Below the pieces are notes generated by a model, which had not been told where the DNA came from, did no database searches, and saw nothing but the letters and a program-made list of their open reading frames with translations. Shown piece by piece: positions 1 through 8,730 of a stretch of 64,000 nt of DNA. The stretch covers positions 101,213-165,212 of the forward strand of contig CAVQFQ010000006.1 of NCBI GenBank assembly GCA_963711835.1, in the 5' to 3' direction. The DNA comes from an uncultured delta proteobacterium. GTDB lineage: Bacteria; Desulfobacterota; RBG-13-43-22. A program made the translations under genes and the position numbers. The number at the start of each line of letters is the position of its first letter. The stretch's first letter is position 1.

Positions 1-149
1 TACTCATAATCATAATTACCTGACGGGGCCGCCTTTTCTTCCGTCTGCGGCGGACCCTTTCGCCAATGACTTCAGAAAAAACAGCCCCATCCACCCTGGT
101 AATGTCAGCACTATTATGAGAAGATTAATGAAGAAGTCGGGGCCGTTTT

Positions 150-800
150 ATGAAATTTAAGGCCGTTATTTTTGACTTGGATGGCACCCTGTTGGATACG
201 ATTGAGGATCTGGCGGATTCCATGAACGAGGTCTTGGCCGGATTTGGATTTCCGGGACATGATCTCCAGGTTTACAAGTACTTTGTGGGGGAGGGAGTGG
301 AGGCGCTGGTCCGCCGGGCTTTGCCCCAGGAGAAGCTGACCGAAGAACTGGTGGAGCGGTCTTTAAAAATCTACCGCGAGGAATACGGGAGAAGATGGAA
401 TCTGAAGACGCATCCTTATGTCGGTATTCCCGAGATGCTGGATGCCCTGACCGGACAACAGCTGCCTCTGGCCATCCTCTCAAACAAACCGCATGACCTC
501 AGCCGACTGGTGGTGGCCAAACTGCTTCCCCGGTGGGATTTTAAACGCGTTTTTGGGGCCCGGGCCTCGGTGCCCAAGAAGCCGGATCCGGCTGGGGCCT
601 TGGAGATCGCTCAGGATCTCATGATTTCACCCGAGCATTTTTTATATCTGGGGGATACCGCCATTGATATGAAAACAGCCGTAGCGGCCGGCATGTTTCC
701 GGTGGGGGCCTTGTGGGGTTTCCGGACAGCGGAGGAATTATCGACCAATGGGGCCAAGGTTTTGATAGAAAGACCCTTAGAACTCTTAAAGCTCCTTTAG
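150..800 (+). CDS. HAD-superfamily hydrolase, phosphoglycolate phosphatase-like
   Basis: Motif I FDLDGTLLDT, LSNK, KKPDP and YLGDTAIDM. Confidence 0.9.
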   Translation: MKFKAVIFDLDGTLLDTIEDLADSMNEVLAGFGFPGHDLQVYKYFVGEGVEALVRRALPQEKLTEELVERSLKIYREEYGRRWNLKTHPYVGIPEMLDALTGQQLPLAILSNKPHDLSRLVVAKLLPRWDFKRVFGARASVPKKPDPAGALEIAQDLMISPEHFLYLGDTAIDMKTAVAAGMFPVGALWGFRTAEELSTNGAKVLIERPLELLKLL

Positions 801-879
801 GTTCAACCAACGCCGCAAAAAACCTTTTCACACTTTAAGCAATGCGAGTTTATTGTCTCAGAAATTCCTTGACAATATT

Positions 880-950
880 GTCATTCCGGACTTGATCCGG
901 AATCCATCCCGCCACCAGCGGGACTGGATTCCCGCATTCGCGGGAATGAC
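880..950. repeat. REP/dRS3-like palindromic element
   Basis: GTCATTCCGGACTTGATCCGGAATCCA...TGGATTCCCGCATTCGCGGGAATGAC with internal hairpin CCCGC-CACCA-GCGGG; a related copy lies near 28001-28075. Confidence 0.75.
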
Positions 951-998
951 GGCCTTAGGAACATTGTGAGTAAAGTTGGAGGCGCAATTTTAAAACAA

Positions 999-1037
999 TA
1001 AAAGCCCTTGCCGACCTCTCGCCGGCAAGGGCTTTTA
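999..1037. terminator. Bidirectional intrinsic terminator between the convergent HAD and aor genes
   Basis: 15-bp stem TAAAAGCCCTTGCCG / CGGCAAGGGCTTTTA with A- and T-tracts at its base. Confidence 0.75.
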
Positions 1038-1081
1038 TCTTAGGGTACTTCGCGGGCTTTGCGGTGAATATTGCTCTTTGA

Positions 1082-2818
1082 CTACCAGTTAAAAACCTGA
1101 TCCAACTCCTCGTCCGTGACCCCGAAGGTCACGTTGTGAGGTGGCAGGACCTGGTTTTTGAAGAACTCGGGCAGGCGGTCATGCTGGGCGCTTAATCCGG
1201 CTTTTAAATTGAACTCCCTTTCATTTTTAAGAACCGACTTGCCCAGGGCCACCACGCTGTCGGCCGTCAACTCCAGCCCAAAAAAGGAATTAAGCAGGTC
1301 GAGGAAGGCCTGAAAGGTCTCCGGCTGATCCATAACGGCAAAGGCGATGAAGAGACACATACCGGTAGAGTCGATGGCCGCTGTGGTGATCTGAAGGTTC
1401 CGGGACAGTTCGATCTGGCCCGCAGGCTTCAAGGGGTCCACGAAGCCTCCGACCTTCATGATGTTGGTGGCCACGGCATACCCGGCCGTGTGGTCGGCCC
1501 CCATGGGGCTGGTGGCGTAGGTTACGCCAATGCCCTGCACGGCTCGCGGATCATAGGCCGGCATGGCCTGCCCCTTGACGACGGGGATTCTTTCTACGCC
1601 GAAGACCTTTCCGGTCACCGCGGCGCCGCTGCCTATTATCCGGCCCAGGGGCGTTCCCTTTCCCACTTCCTTGATCAGGTTGATGGCTCCCTGGGCGTCG
1701 CCGAACTTAAGCAGACCGCCTTCCATGGCTACTCCGATCGTGGCGCCCATTTCAATAGTATCCAGGCCGATATCGTCGTCCAGGAGATCCAGTCGGGCGA
1801 TGTTGTCCAGGTCATCAATGCCGCAGTTGCCTCCATGGGCCCAGACCGTTTCGTATTCCGGCTGTTTGGTCAGGAAGTGGCCGTCTTTGTCATGATACGT
1901 TCCGGAGCAGCGGATGACGCAGCCCCGATGGCAGCCGTGAGTGGCCAGGCCCCCCCGGGAGGTTTCCAATGCCGCCTGAGTCTCCCCGCTGATCTTGGCT
2001 GCGCCTGCAAAGCGGCCTTCCTTAAAATTATAGGTGGGATATCCCCCGGCTTCGTTGAGGATGTTGGTCAGGACATTGGTGCCGTAGGCCGGAAGTCCCT
2101 GGCCGGTAACCGGGTTGGATTTTAAGCCATCCACCCATTGCTTGTTGGCGGCCTTGAATTTTTCCGGGTCTTTAGGCGCCCGCATGGGCTTGCCGGTATC
2201 GTCCAGGACAATGACCTTGACGCCTTTGGAACCCATGACAGCCCCCAGACCGCCTCGGCCGGCATGACGGGTGGGTCGCAGTTCCATATCGGTAAAGGCC
2301 ACCGTAGAGGCGGCCAATTTCATTTCGCCGGCCTGCCCGATAGAGATGCAGGCGATCTTGTCGCCGTAGGCGCCTTTCATCTTTTCCACCACGGCGTAAT
2401 TTCCTAAACCCTTAAGGCTGTTGTCGGGGGTGATCTTCACCCCGTCTTTATTGATGAAGATTTTATAAAGGGTGTCGTCTTTAGGTTGGCCTTCGAGGAC
2501 TATGGCGGCATAGCCGAGTCTGGCCAGGACCTGGGAAGGCTGGCCCCCGGAATTGGCCTCTTTGATGCCTCCGGTCAGAGGGCTTTTGCCGCCTACCGAG
2601 ATTCTGCCCGACTGGGCGGCGGCGCTGCCGCTCAACATCCCCGGGGCAATGACCAGCTTATTATCAGCCCCCAGGGGATGGCAAAGGGGGGGCACTTCTT
2701 TTGAGACAATGGCCGAGGTCATGGCCCGGCCGCCCAATCCGGCATAGTCTCCAAGAGGAGCTTCCTTCGCTTTAGGGCCGCCATCGGCCCCCATATCGAT
2801 CCGTAACACTTTATCCAT
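1082..2818 (-). CDS. aor: Aldehyde:ferredoxin oxidoreductase family (W/Mo-pterin)
   Basis: KSPLTGGIKEANSGG, HAGRGGLGAVMGSKG, CxxxCxxxC, PEYET and YDPR motifs; 578 aa. Confidence 0.92.
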   Translation of the reverse strand: MDKVLRIDMGADGGPKAKEAPLGDYAGLGGRAMTSAIVSKEVPPLCHPLGADNKLVIAPGMLSGSAAAQSGRISVGGKSPLTGGIKEANSGGQPSQVLARLGYAAIVLEGQPKDDTLYKIFINKDGVKITPDNSLKGLGNYAVVEKMKGAYGDKIACISIGQAGEMKLAASTVAFTDMELRPTRHAGRGGLGAVMGSKGVKVIVLDDTGKPMRAPKDPEKFKAANKQWVDGLKSNPVTGQGLPAYGTNVLTNILNEAGGYPTYNFKEGRFAGAAKISGETQAALETSRGGLATHGCHRGCVIRCSGTYHDKDGHFLTKQPEYETVWAHGGNCGIDDLDNIARLDLLDDDIGLDTIEMGATIGVAMEGGLLKFGDAQGAINLIKEVGKGTPLGRIIGSGAAVTGKVFGVERIPVVKGQAMPAYDPRAVQGIGVTYATSPMGADHTAGYAVATNIMKVGGFVDPLKPAGQIELSRNLQITTAAIDSTGMCLFIAFAVMDQPETFQAFLDLLNSFFGLELTADSVVALGKSVLKNEREFNLKAGLSAQHDRLPEFFKNQVLPPHNVTFGVTDEELDQVFNW

Positions 2819-2891
2819 AATTGATCTCCTTTCTATTTGGAAGCGCTGAGGTTAACGATGACCATCCGTAAAAGAATAACCGATCATCTCA

Positions 2892-2967
2892 ATTTTCTTC
2901 TGAATTTACCGGCAAGTCAAGGATTAAATAAGTGTAATATTAATTAGTTATGTCATTTATGACATAA
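2892..2967 (-). promoter_or_regulatory. Putative sigma70 promoter of aor with an upstream palindromic operator
   Basis: Minus strand TTGACT-N17-GAAAAT (2920-2892); inverted repeat TTATGTCA-ttta-TGACATAA at 2948-2967. Confidence 0.5.
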
Positions 2968-3047
2968 AAGAAGAGGATAAAGAAAAATCTTTTGAAGAGG
3001 AATATTTTGGAAATTATGTCTGAGGAAAATCCATTCGGGAACCGGAA

Positions 3048-3287
3048 TTATCCCCCTCCTAAAGGAGGGAAGATGCCCACATGGTCTCCCTCTTTCAGGA
3101 CCTCGTCTCCCTGGGCGTGGAGCCCATTCAGAAAAATGATCTTAGCGACCTCGAAGGGCATTTCGATGCGCTGCAGGAGATCCCTGATGGTGGACCCCGG
3201 AGCGCATTCTATTTGAAAAGGTTTGTGGCCGGCCTCCGGGGGCAGGTATTTTTCCAGGGTGGCATAAAGATTCAATTCAATTTTCAT
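3048..3287 (-). CDS. MoaD/ThiS-family sulfur carrier protein
   Basis: 79 aa, ubiquitin-like, ends FPPLGGG; adjacent to aor. Confidence 0.88.
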   Translation of the reverse strand: MKIELNLYATLEKYLPPEAGHKPFQIECAPGSTIRDLLQRIEMPFEVAKIIFLNGLHAQGDEVLKEGDHVGIFPPLGGG

Positions 3288-3299
3288 TGGAGATCTCCT

Positions 3300-3842
3300 T
3301 TACCCGAACCGCCCTTTGCGGCAGACGAGCTGAGCCACGGCCCGGACAGGTTCGGTCTTTATCCCTTCGAAGGAAGCCAGGATTTCCCAGTCCGAAAACC
3401 AGCCCTCAAGTTCACCGGGTTTTAAAAGAAAGGCCGGGTTGTGTGGTTCCCCGAAGGCAGGCTGGCCTGAGGTAAAGGTTTCATATATAAGGATCCCACC
3501 GGTCTTGAGGGCTTTTTTCAAGCAGGGGATGAGAGGACGATGCAGATAGCGGAAGATAAGGATACCCCCATAATGATCTTCCGGAAGCGGGTTGACTCCT
3601 TTTTCTTCCAGATCAACCTGCCAGACTTCAATGGCGGCCTGCTGTTCCCCGGCCAGTTTTTGGACCCGGATCAGGGCTTCCTGGGAACGGTCGCAACAGA
3701 TGACCTGGACCTGATGGGCGGCCAGAAAGATCCCGTTGTGGCCTTCGCCGCAGGCCAGGTCCAGGACCGGACCAGGCAGTCTGTGCGTTGTAAAGAGGTT
3801 AAGATGCTCAAGCAGCAAAAGATCGGGTTTAAGGAGCGACAC
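3300..3842 (-). CDS. Class I SAM-dependent methyltransferase (TehB-like)
   Basis: VLDLACGEGHN SAM motif; FRYLHRPL and LKTGG. Confidence 0.85.
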   Translation of the reverse strand: MSLLKPDLLLLEHLNLFTTHRLPGPVLDLACGEGHNGIFLAAHQVQVICCDRSQEALIRVQKLAGEQQAAIEVWQVDLEEKGVNPLPEDHYGGILIFRYLHRPLIPCLKKALKTGGILIYETFTSGQPAFGEPHNPAFLLKPGELEGWFSDWEILASFEGIKTEPVRAVAQLVCRKGRFG

Positions 3843-3864
3843 CTAAAATCCTTTGGCTTTCCCT

Positions 3865-4602
3865 TCAGGCCTCGGCTCCTCCGGAGAGGGAGATAATCTC
3901 CCCCGTCAGATAAGCCGCTTGCGGGGAGGCCAGAAAGGCCACCAGATCCACGACATCGTCAATACGGGCGATTCGTCCCAGGGGGAGGCCTTTTAGGATT
4001 TCCTTCAGGATCTCCTGATTACTCCAGAAGGGTTTTGAAAATTCCGTCTCCACCACCCCGGGCGCCACGGCATTGACCCGGATGCCGGAAGAGGCCAGTT
4101 CCTTAGCCAGGACTTTGGTCAGCATATTGACCCCGGCCTTGGCTATGCCGTAAATCCCCATGCCGGGGGAGGCCCGATGCCCGGCAATGGAACTGATATT
4201 GATAATGACCCCGCCCTTCTCTTTCATCAGGGGAAAGGCCTGGCGGGAACACAGGAAAGCGGCCTTCAGATTGGAATCCATAATTTTGTCCCAGAGGGGG
4301 ATGTCGGCCTCGGCTGTAAAGGGGGTGAAGATATTCATCCCTAGATTATTAATCAGGATATCCAAGGTTTGAAACTCGGATCGAAGGAGGTTAAAGACGT
4401 TTTCAACCTCCTCGGCCTTGCCCAAATTGGCGGGGATGGTCAGCAGGTCTCCGATCTCCTCTTTGGCTTTTTGGAGGTTGGTTTCTTTCCGGCTGCAAAT
4501 GGCCACCCGGGCCCCTTGCTGAAAAAAATGTCTGGCCAGCCCCAGACCGATTCCGCGCGACCCGCCGGTGATCAGAATTTTTTTATTTTCGAAGTTTCCC
4601 AT
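3865..4602 (-). CDS. Short-chain dehydrogenase/reductase
   Basis: TGGSRGIG, YGIAK catalytic motif and RVNAVAPG. Confidence 0.92.
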   Translation of the reverse strand: MGNFENKKILITGGSRGIGLGLARHFFQQGARVAICSRKETNLQKAKEEIGDLLTIPANLGKAEEVENVFNLLRSEFQTLDILINNLGMNIFTPFTAEADIPLWDKIMDSNLKAAFLCSRQAFPLMKEKGGVIINISSIAGHRASPGMGIYGIAKAGVNMLTKVLAKELASSGIRVNAVAPGVVETEFSKPFWSNQEILKEILKGLPLGRIARIDDVVDLVAFLASPQAAYLTGEIISLSGGAEA

Positions 4603-4727
4603 AGGCTTCCCCCCTGTCGATACCTAAATTTACTTTTTTCGATTTTAACAAATTCAACCTCGATAAGGAATCGAAATCAGATCAGGCAGGTCCTCAGGTA
4701 AAAACTGCCATAGGAATCTCGATAAAC

Positions 4728-5028
4728 TATTAAGGGTCTCAAAATAATAGTGACCAACAGGGACCGGGGGGTCTTCTTTTCTGGGGTTGTCCAAAGGGTA
4801 ACTCATCGCCCTATCCCGGCCCGGACAGCTAAAGGGGTTAGGTGCAGGGCATTCACTCAAGTCCGTTTCGGGCATTAGTGGTGGCCTGTCTCTGAATTGG
4901 ATCCCGAATTTGGCCCGGCAAAGAAGCTTTGGGCTTGAAGGTGGACAACCCAGAAAAGAAGACCCCCCGGTCCCAATTTAAGGCAAGCTCCTCAATTTCA
5001 TGTCAAGACCATTATGAGACCCTTAATA
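4728..5028 (+). mobile_element. MITE-like element A, copy 1 (301 bp)
   Basis: 14-bp terminal inverted repeat TATTAAGGGTCTCA / TGAGACCCTTAATA; inner IR 4760-4793 / 4942-4974; close copies at 11542 and 63115. Confidence 0.85.
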
Positions 5029-5070
5029 AGTTGACTTTTTCAAGGAAATTTGGTCTATAAACCAAAAGGG

Positions 5071-5395
5071 TTAGTATTGTTCAAAAGTTTTGGGATTGAC
5101 GCATTATTGCCTGACTGGGGACCTGGGGTCTTGATTTCAAGGATTGTTCAAAGGGGGATCCTTCCCGCCAATCCGGCCCAGATTTCTAAGGTTGGTTTAG
5201 AGCCGGGCCTTCACCCAACCGGACAAACAGCTTTGGTGAAGGCCTGCTTAAGGCATTATCGTCACCCTTCCAGTCCCGCTAAAAGCGGGATTTCAAGGTG
5301 AGGAGTTAATGGTGGACAATCCATGAAATCAAGACCCCAGGTCCCCTTTCATCGGGTATCAGTACTGTAATGCCCAAACTTTTGAACGATACTAA
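5071..5395 (+). mobile_element. MITE-like element B (325 bp)
   Basis: Terminal IR TTAGTATTGTTCAAAAGTTTTGGG / CCCAAACTTTTGAACGATACTAA; inner IR 5117-5150 / 5313-5346 homologous to that of element A. Confidence 0.7.
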
Positions 5396-5452
5396 ATGGT
5401 TAAGAAAGAGGATTAATATCCCAGGCCAAGTCAAAAAAGAGGGAAAGGATCC

Positions 5453-5716
5453 ATGGAAAATTTAGAATTGAAAACCGGCAATGAAAAAACCAAGGTCATT
5501 ATTCTTACCAACCATTATCGGATCATCGGGGAGATTTTTCTCCTGCCGGGAGCCAGGCTGACCGACTATATCATCGGCTCTAATTCCGCCATTGCCGTGA
5601 CGGACGCCCATGTCTCCAGCCTCGACGGGCGGCTCATCCTTTCGGCCTCCTTCCTGAATGTGGACCGTAATCATATCGAGGTGATCATCCCGGCGGAAAT
5701 GGCTCATTTCGCCTGA
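5453..5716 (+). CDS. Small hypothetical protein (DUF6812-like)
   Basis: 87 aa with a purine-rich RBS; YRIIGEIFLLPGARLTDY pattern recalled from small deltaproteobacterial proteins. Confidence 0.7.
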   Translation: MENLELKTGNEKTKVIILTNHYRIIGEIFLLPGARLTDYIIGSNSAIAVTDAHVSSLDGRLILSASFLNVDRNHIEVIIPAEMAHFA

Positions 5717-6585
5717 GAGGTCCCTGAGGAAAAAACAGGCCTTTCGGACTGCAACCGGGAGGCCATAGCCTCGGGTAACCGCAGGTAAAAGGCCCCTTCT
5801 TCCTTCTTGCCCCTTTTCATACATCCCTGCCCATAGATCCGACATTTCTTTTTAAGTTCCTGAAGGGCCGTCTCTTGCTGGTCCGAAGACAACAAATCCG
5901 AACCTAAGACCTTAACTAAGGCCTGGATCCGGAAACGATCAAGAAAGGGGATCCGTCGGGAAAGCTGGTCCGGGTGGCCGCCCTGTTTGACGACCAGGGG
6001 CTCTTCAATCAGGAACACGGGAAATCGGCAAGAAATGCGAAGCCAGAGGTCATAGTCCTCGCAGGCCGGCAGGCTTTCATCAAAGGGTCCTATCTGAATC
6101 AGGAATTCCCGGCGGATCATAACGGCTGAGGGGCTGACGATACAGCGAATGAGGGAAGGCGAAAAAATATCCCCGGAAAATTTCCGGTGTTTTTTGTGGG
6201 GATTGACCCTCCGGCCATGACGGATCCAAATTTCCTCGGTCTGGCAAATAAGGGCCTGGGGGTTTTCGGCAAAAAAACGGACCTGGGCCTCCAGCTTGGC
6301 GGGAAGCCAGTAATCATCGGAATCCAGAAAGGCGATCCAGGTTCCCTGGGCCAGGCTTAAGCCCCGGTTGCGGGCCGCGCTGACCCCCCGGTTTTCCTGA
6401 TAGATATATCGCAACCGGTTTCCATAGGGTTTAAGGCCTTCTCCGGTCCCGTCCGTAGAGCCGTCATCGATCACGATAAGCTCATAATTGCGACACGTTT
6501 GGCTAAGAACCGATTCAACAGCCGGCCGCAGGAATTCAAAACGGTTATAAGTGGGAATGATAACGCTGATCAGGGGAGCAGGCAC
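5704..6585 (-). CDS. Glycosyltransferase family 2
   Basis: ISVIIPTYNR, IDDGSTD, ARNRG, FLDSDD and EDYDLW. Confidence 0.92.
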   Translation of the reverse strand: MPAPLISVIIPTYNRFEFLRPAVESVLSQTCRNYELIVIDDGSTDGTGEGLKPYGNRLRYIYQENRGVSAARNRGLSLAQGTWIAFLDSDDYWLPAKLEAQVRFFAENPQALICQTEEIWIRHGRRVNPHKKHRKFSGDIFSPSLIRCIVSPSAVMIRREFLIQIGPFDESLPACEDYDLWLRISCRFPVFLIEEPLVVKQGGHPDQLSRRIPFLDRFRIQALVKVLGSDLLSSDQQETALQELKKKCRIYGQGCMKRGKKEEGAFYLRLPEAMASRLQSERPVFSSGTSQAK

Positions 6586-6613
6586 GGTATAAGGCAGCCG
6601 TAAACTTAATCAA

Positions 6614-8116
6614 TCAACCCTCTTCCCGAAAGGCTTCTTCCCTCGTCTTTCTGAAAGACGGGATTAAGACGGCCAGCATGGCCAGAACGGCCAGACCGAT
6701 CAAAACCGCACTGATGGGGCGCTGCACGAATACCAGCGGGTTCCCGCGGGAAAGGAGCATGGCCCGGCGCAGATACTCTTCCATCAGGGGGCCGAGAATA
6801 AAGGCCAGCAACATGGGGGCCGGCTCACAATCCAGTTTGGAGAAAAGGTAACCCAGGGCCCCGAAGAGGGCCATAAAGTAAATATCCGCCTCAGTGTTCT
6901 TCAGGCTGAAAACACCGATACAGCAGAATACCAGGATCCCCGGATAGAGCAGCCGGTAAGGGATCATAAGCAGACGGACCCAGATCCCAATAAGCGGCAG
7001 GTTGAGGATGACCAGGAAAAAGTTTCCGATCCACATGGAAGCGATGATTCCCCAGAAAAGCGCCGGTTGCTCGGTAATGACCGAAGGCCCGGGTTGTATG
7101 CCTTGAATGATCATGGCGCCGATCATAAGCGCCATAACCGGGTTGGAGGGGATCCCCAGGGTCAGCATGGGAATGAACGACGTTTGAGCCCCGGCGTTAT
7201 TAGCCGCCTCAGGGGCGGCCACACCTTCAATGGCGCCCTTACCGAATTGGGCGGAGTTTTTCGAGACTTTCTTTTCAATGGAGTAGGCGGCAAAAGATCC
7301 CAAGATCGAGCCGCTGCCCGGCAGGATGCCGACCGCAGAACCTATCATGGTCCCACGCAGGATGGGGGCTACCATTCGTTTCCAATCCTCTTTGGTCGGC
7401 ATCAGGGTGGTGATCCGGGCCATGACGGATCGGCTTGCTTCCCGTTCCAGGTTGCGGGTTATCTCGGTCAGACCGAACATGCCCATGGCCACCACCACAA
7501 AACCGATGCCGTCGGCCAGTTGGGGGATGTCGAAGGTGAAGCGTTGGGAACCGGAGGTGACATCCGTGCCCACCAGCCCCAAGAGCAGACCGAGCACGAC
7601 CATGCCGATGGCGTGCAGCAGCGACCCCTGGGCCAGCACGGTCGCTGCCACCAATCCCAGGACCATGAGGGAGAAATATTCAGCGGGGCCGAACTTCAGG
7701 GCGATGGCCGACAATCCGGGTGCGAACAAGGCTATCAGAAAGGTGGCAAAGGTACCGGCAAAAAACGATCCGATGGCCGAGGCCGTCAGGGCCACGCCGG
7801 CACGCCCTTGACGGGCCATCTGGTAGCCGTCAAGACAGGTGACCACGGAGGCTGCTTCTCCAGGTATGTTGACCAAAATGGAGGTCGTTGAACCGCCGTA
7901 TTGAGATCCGTAGTAGATGCCGGCCAGCATAATGAGGGCCGAGACCGGGGGCAGGGCAAAGGTAATGGGCAGAAGCATGGCGATGGTCGCCGTTGGCCCG
8001 AGACCGGGCAGTACCCCGATCAGGGTGCCGACAAAGACACCGATCAGGCAATAAAGCAGGTTGGCCCAGGTGATCGCCGTTGCCAGACCGAGACCAAGAT
8101 GTTCGATAAGTTCCAT
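6614..8116 (-). CDS. tctA: Tripartite tricarboxylate transporter, large permease TctA
   Basis: GVLPGLG, YGGSTTSILVNIPGE and PEAANNA. Confidence 0.95.
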   Translation of the reverse strand: MELIEHLGLGLATAITWANLLYCLIGVFVGTLIGVLPGLGPTATIAMLLPITFALPPVSALIMLAGIYYGSQYGGSTTSILVNIPGEAASVVTCLDGYQMARQGRAGVALTASAIGSFFAGTFATFLIALFAPGLSAIALKFGPAEYFSLMVLGLVAATVLAQGSLLHAIGMVVLGLLLGLVGTDVTSGSQRFTFDIPQLADGIGFVVVAMGMFGLTEITRNLEREASRSVMARITTLMPTKEDWKRMVAPILRGTMIGSAVGILPGSGSILGSFAAYSIEKKVSKNSAQFGKGAIEGVAAPEAANNAGAQTSFIPMLTLGIPSNPVMALMIGAMIIQGIQPGPSVITEQPALFWGIIASMWIGNFFLVILNLPLIGIWVRLLMIPYRLLYPGILVFCCIGVFSLKNTEADIYFMALFGALGYLFSKLDCEPAPMLLAFILGPLMEEYLRRAMLLSRGNPLVFVQRPISAVLIGLAVLAMLAVLIPSFRKTREEAFREEG

Positions 8117-8151
8117 GAGCGTACGCGAACCTCCTTAAAAAGTTTGGGGGG

Positions 8152-8604
8152 TTAGCCGCCGAACCAGGAACCGAGTATGGGCAGCGGTATGCCCAACCCT
8201 TTTAAGAACACGGCGATGCAAAACAAAGTGAGACCCGCGGCCATAATTACAGAGGGCCCCCAGCGAAATTCCCTGCTGGCGAAGGCGCTGACAAAGACCA
8301 GAACCGGCAGAGCAATGACCAAACCGGCTCCGCGCACCAGCAGGCCGAACAGGACCGTTGAAACAACTACCAAGGTCAATCCCTTGAAGGTGAATCCCCC
8401 GATCGGGGTCCCTGTCTTCAGAAAGGAGCGGATCAGGGAAATGGTCCCTATGATAATCATTAGGCCGCCGAGGATAGTGGGGAAATAAGACGGCCCCATT
8501 TTAATGGCCGTTCCCATCTGATAATCGCGGGCGATAATGAGCGCGCTCGATCCAAAAAAGATATAGATAAGCCCGGTCCAGAAATCTTTGCTGCTTCGGA
8601 TCAT
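8152..8604 (-). CDS. tctB: Tripartite tricarboxylate transporter, small subunit TctB
   Basis: About 4 TM segments, MGPSYFP motif, lies between tctC and tctA. Confidence 0.9.
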   Translation of the reverse strand: MIRSSKDFWTGLIYIFFGSSALIIARDYQMGTAIKMGPSYFPTILGGLMIIIGTISLIRSFLKTGTPIGGFTFKGLTLVVVSTVLFGLLVRGAGLVIALPVLVFVSAFASREFRWGPSVIMAAGLTLFCIAVFLKGLGIPLPILGSWFGG

Positions 8605-8730
8605 GGCTGCCTCCTGAGCCGCTCAAACGACCAGCCAAGGCGGGTCGGCGGCTTTATAAAGCAACTCGGTTGTCAGAAAAGGCCGGAACCACTCCTCTTT
8701 CTGTTGCGGCAAGCCGGTAGGGAGCTCCGT

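Noticed and set aside
2821-3047. Moco/tungsten-cofactor riboswitch upstream of aor
   Set aside because: The region is AT-rich with no recognisable multi-stem consensus; promoter and operator motifs explain it better.
4654-4875. Repeated small ORFs MPETDLSEC... and ...AFTQVRFGH (also 11501-11692, 63263-63520, 63266-63475)
   Set aside because: They are translations of element A. Their ends differ between copies because they run into unrelated flanks, and I see no RBS or family motif.
4728-5028. Element A core as a hammerhead ribozyme (GATGAG and GAAAC on the minus strand)
   Set aside because: It lacks CTGANGA and the required stem arrangement.
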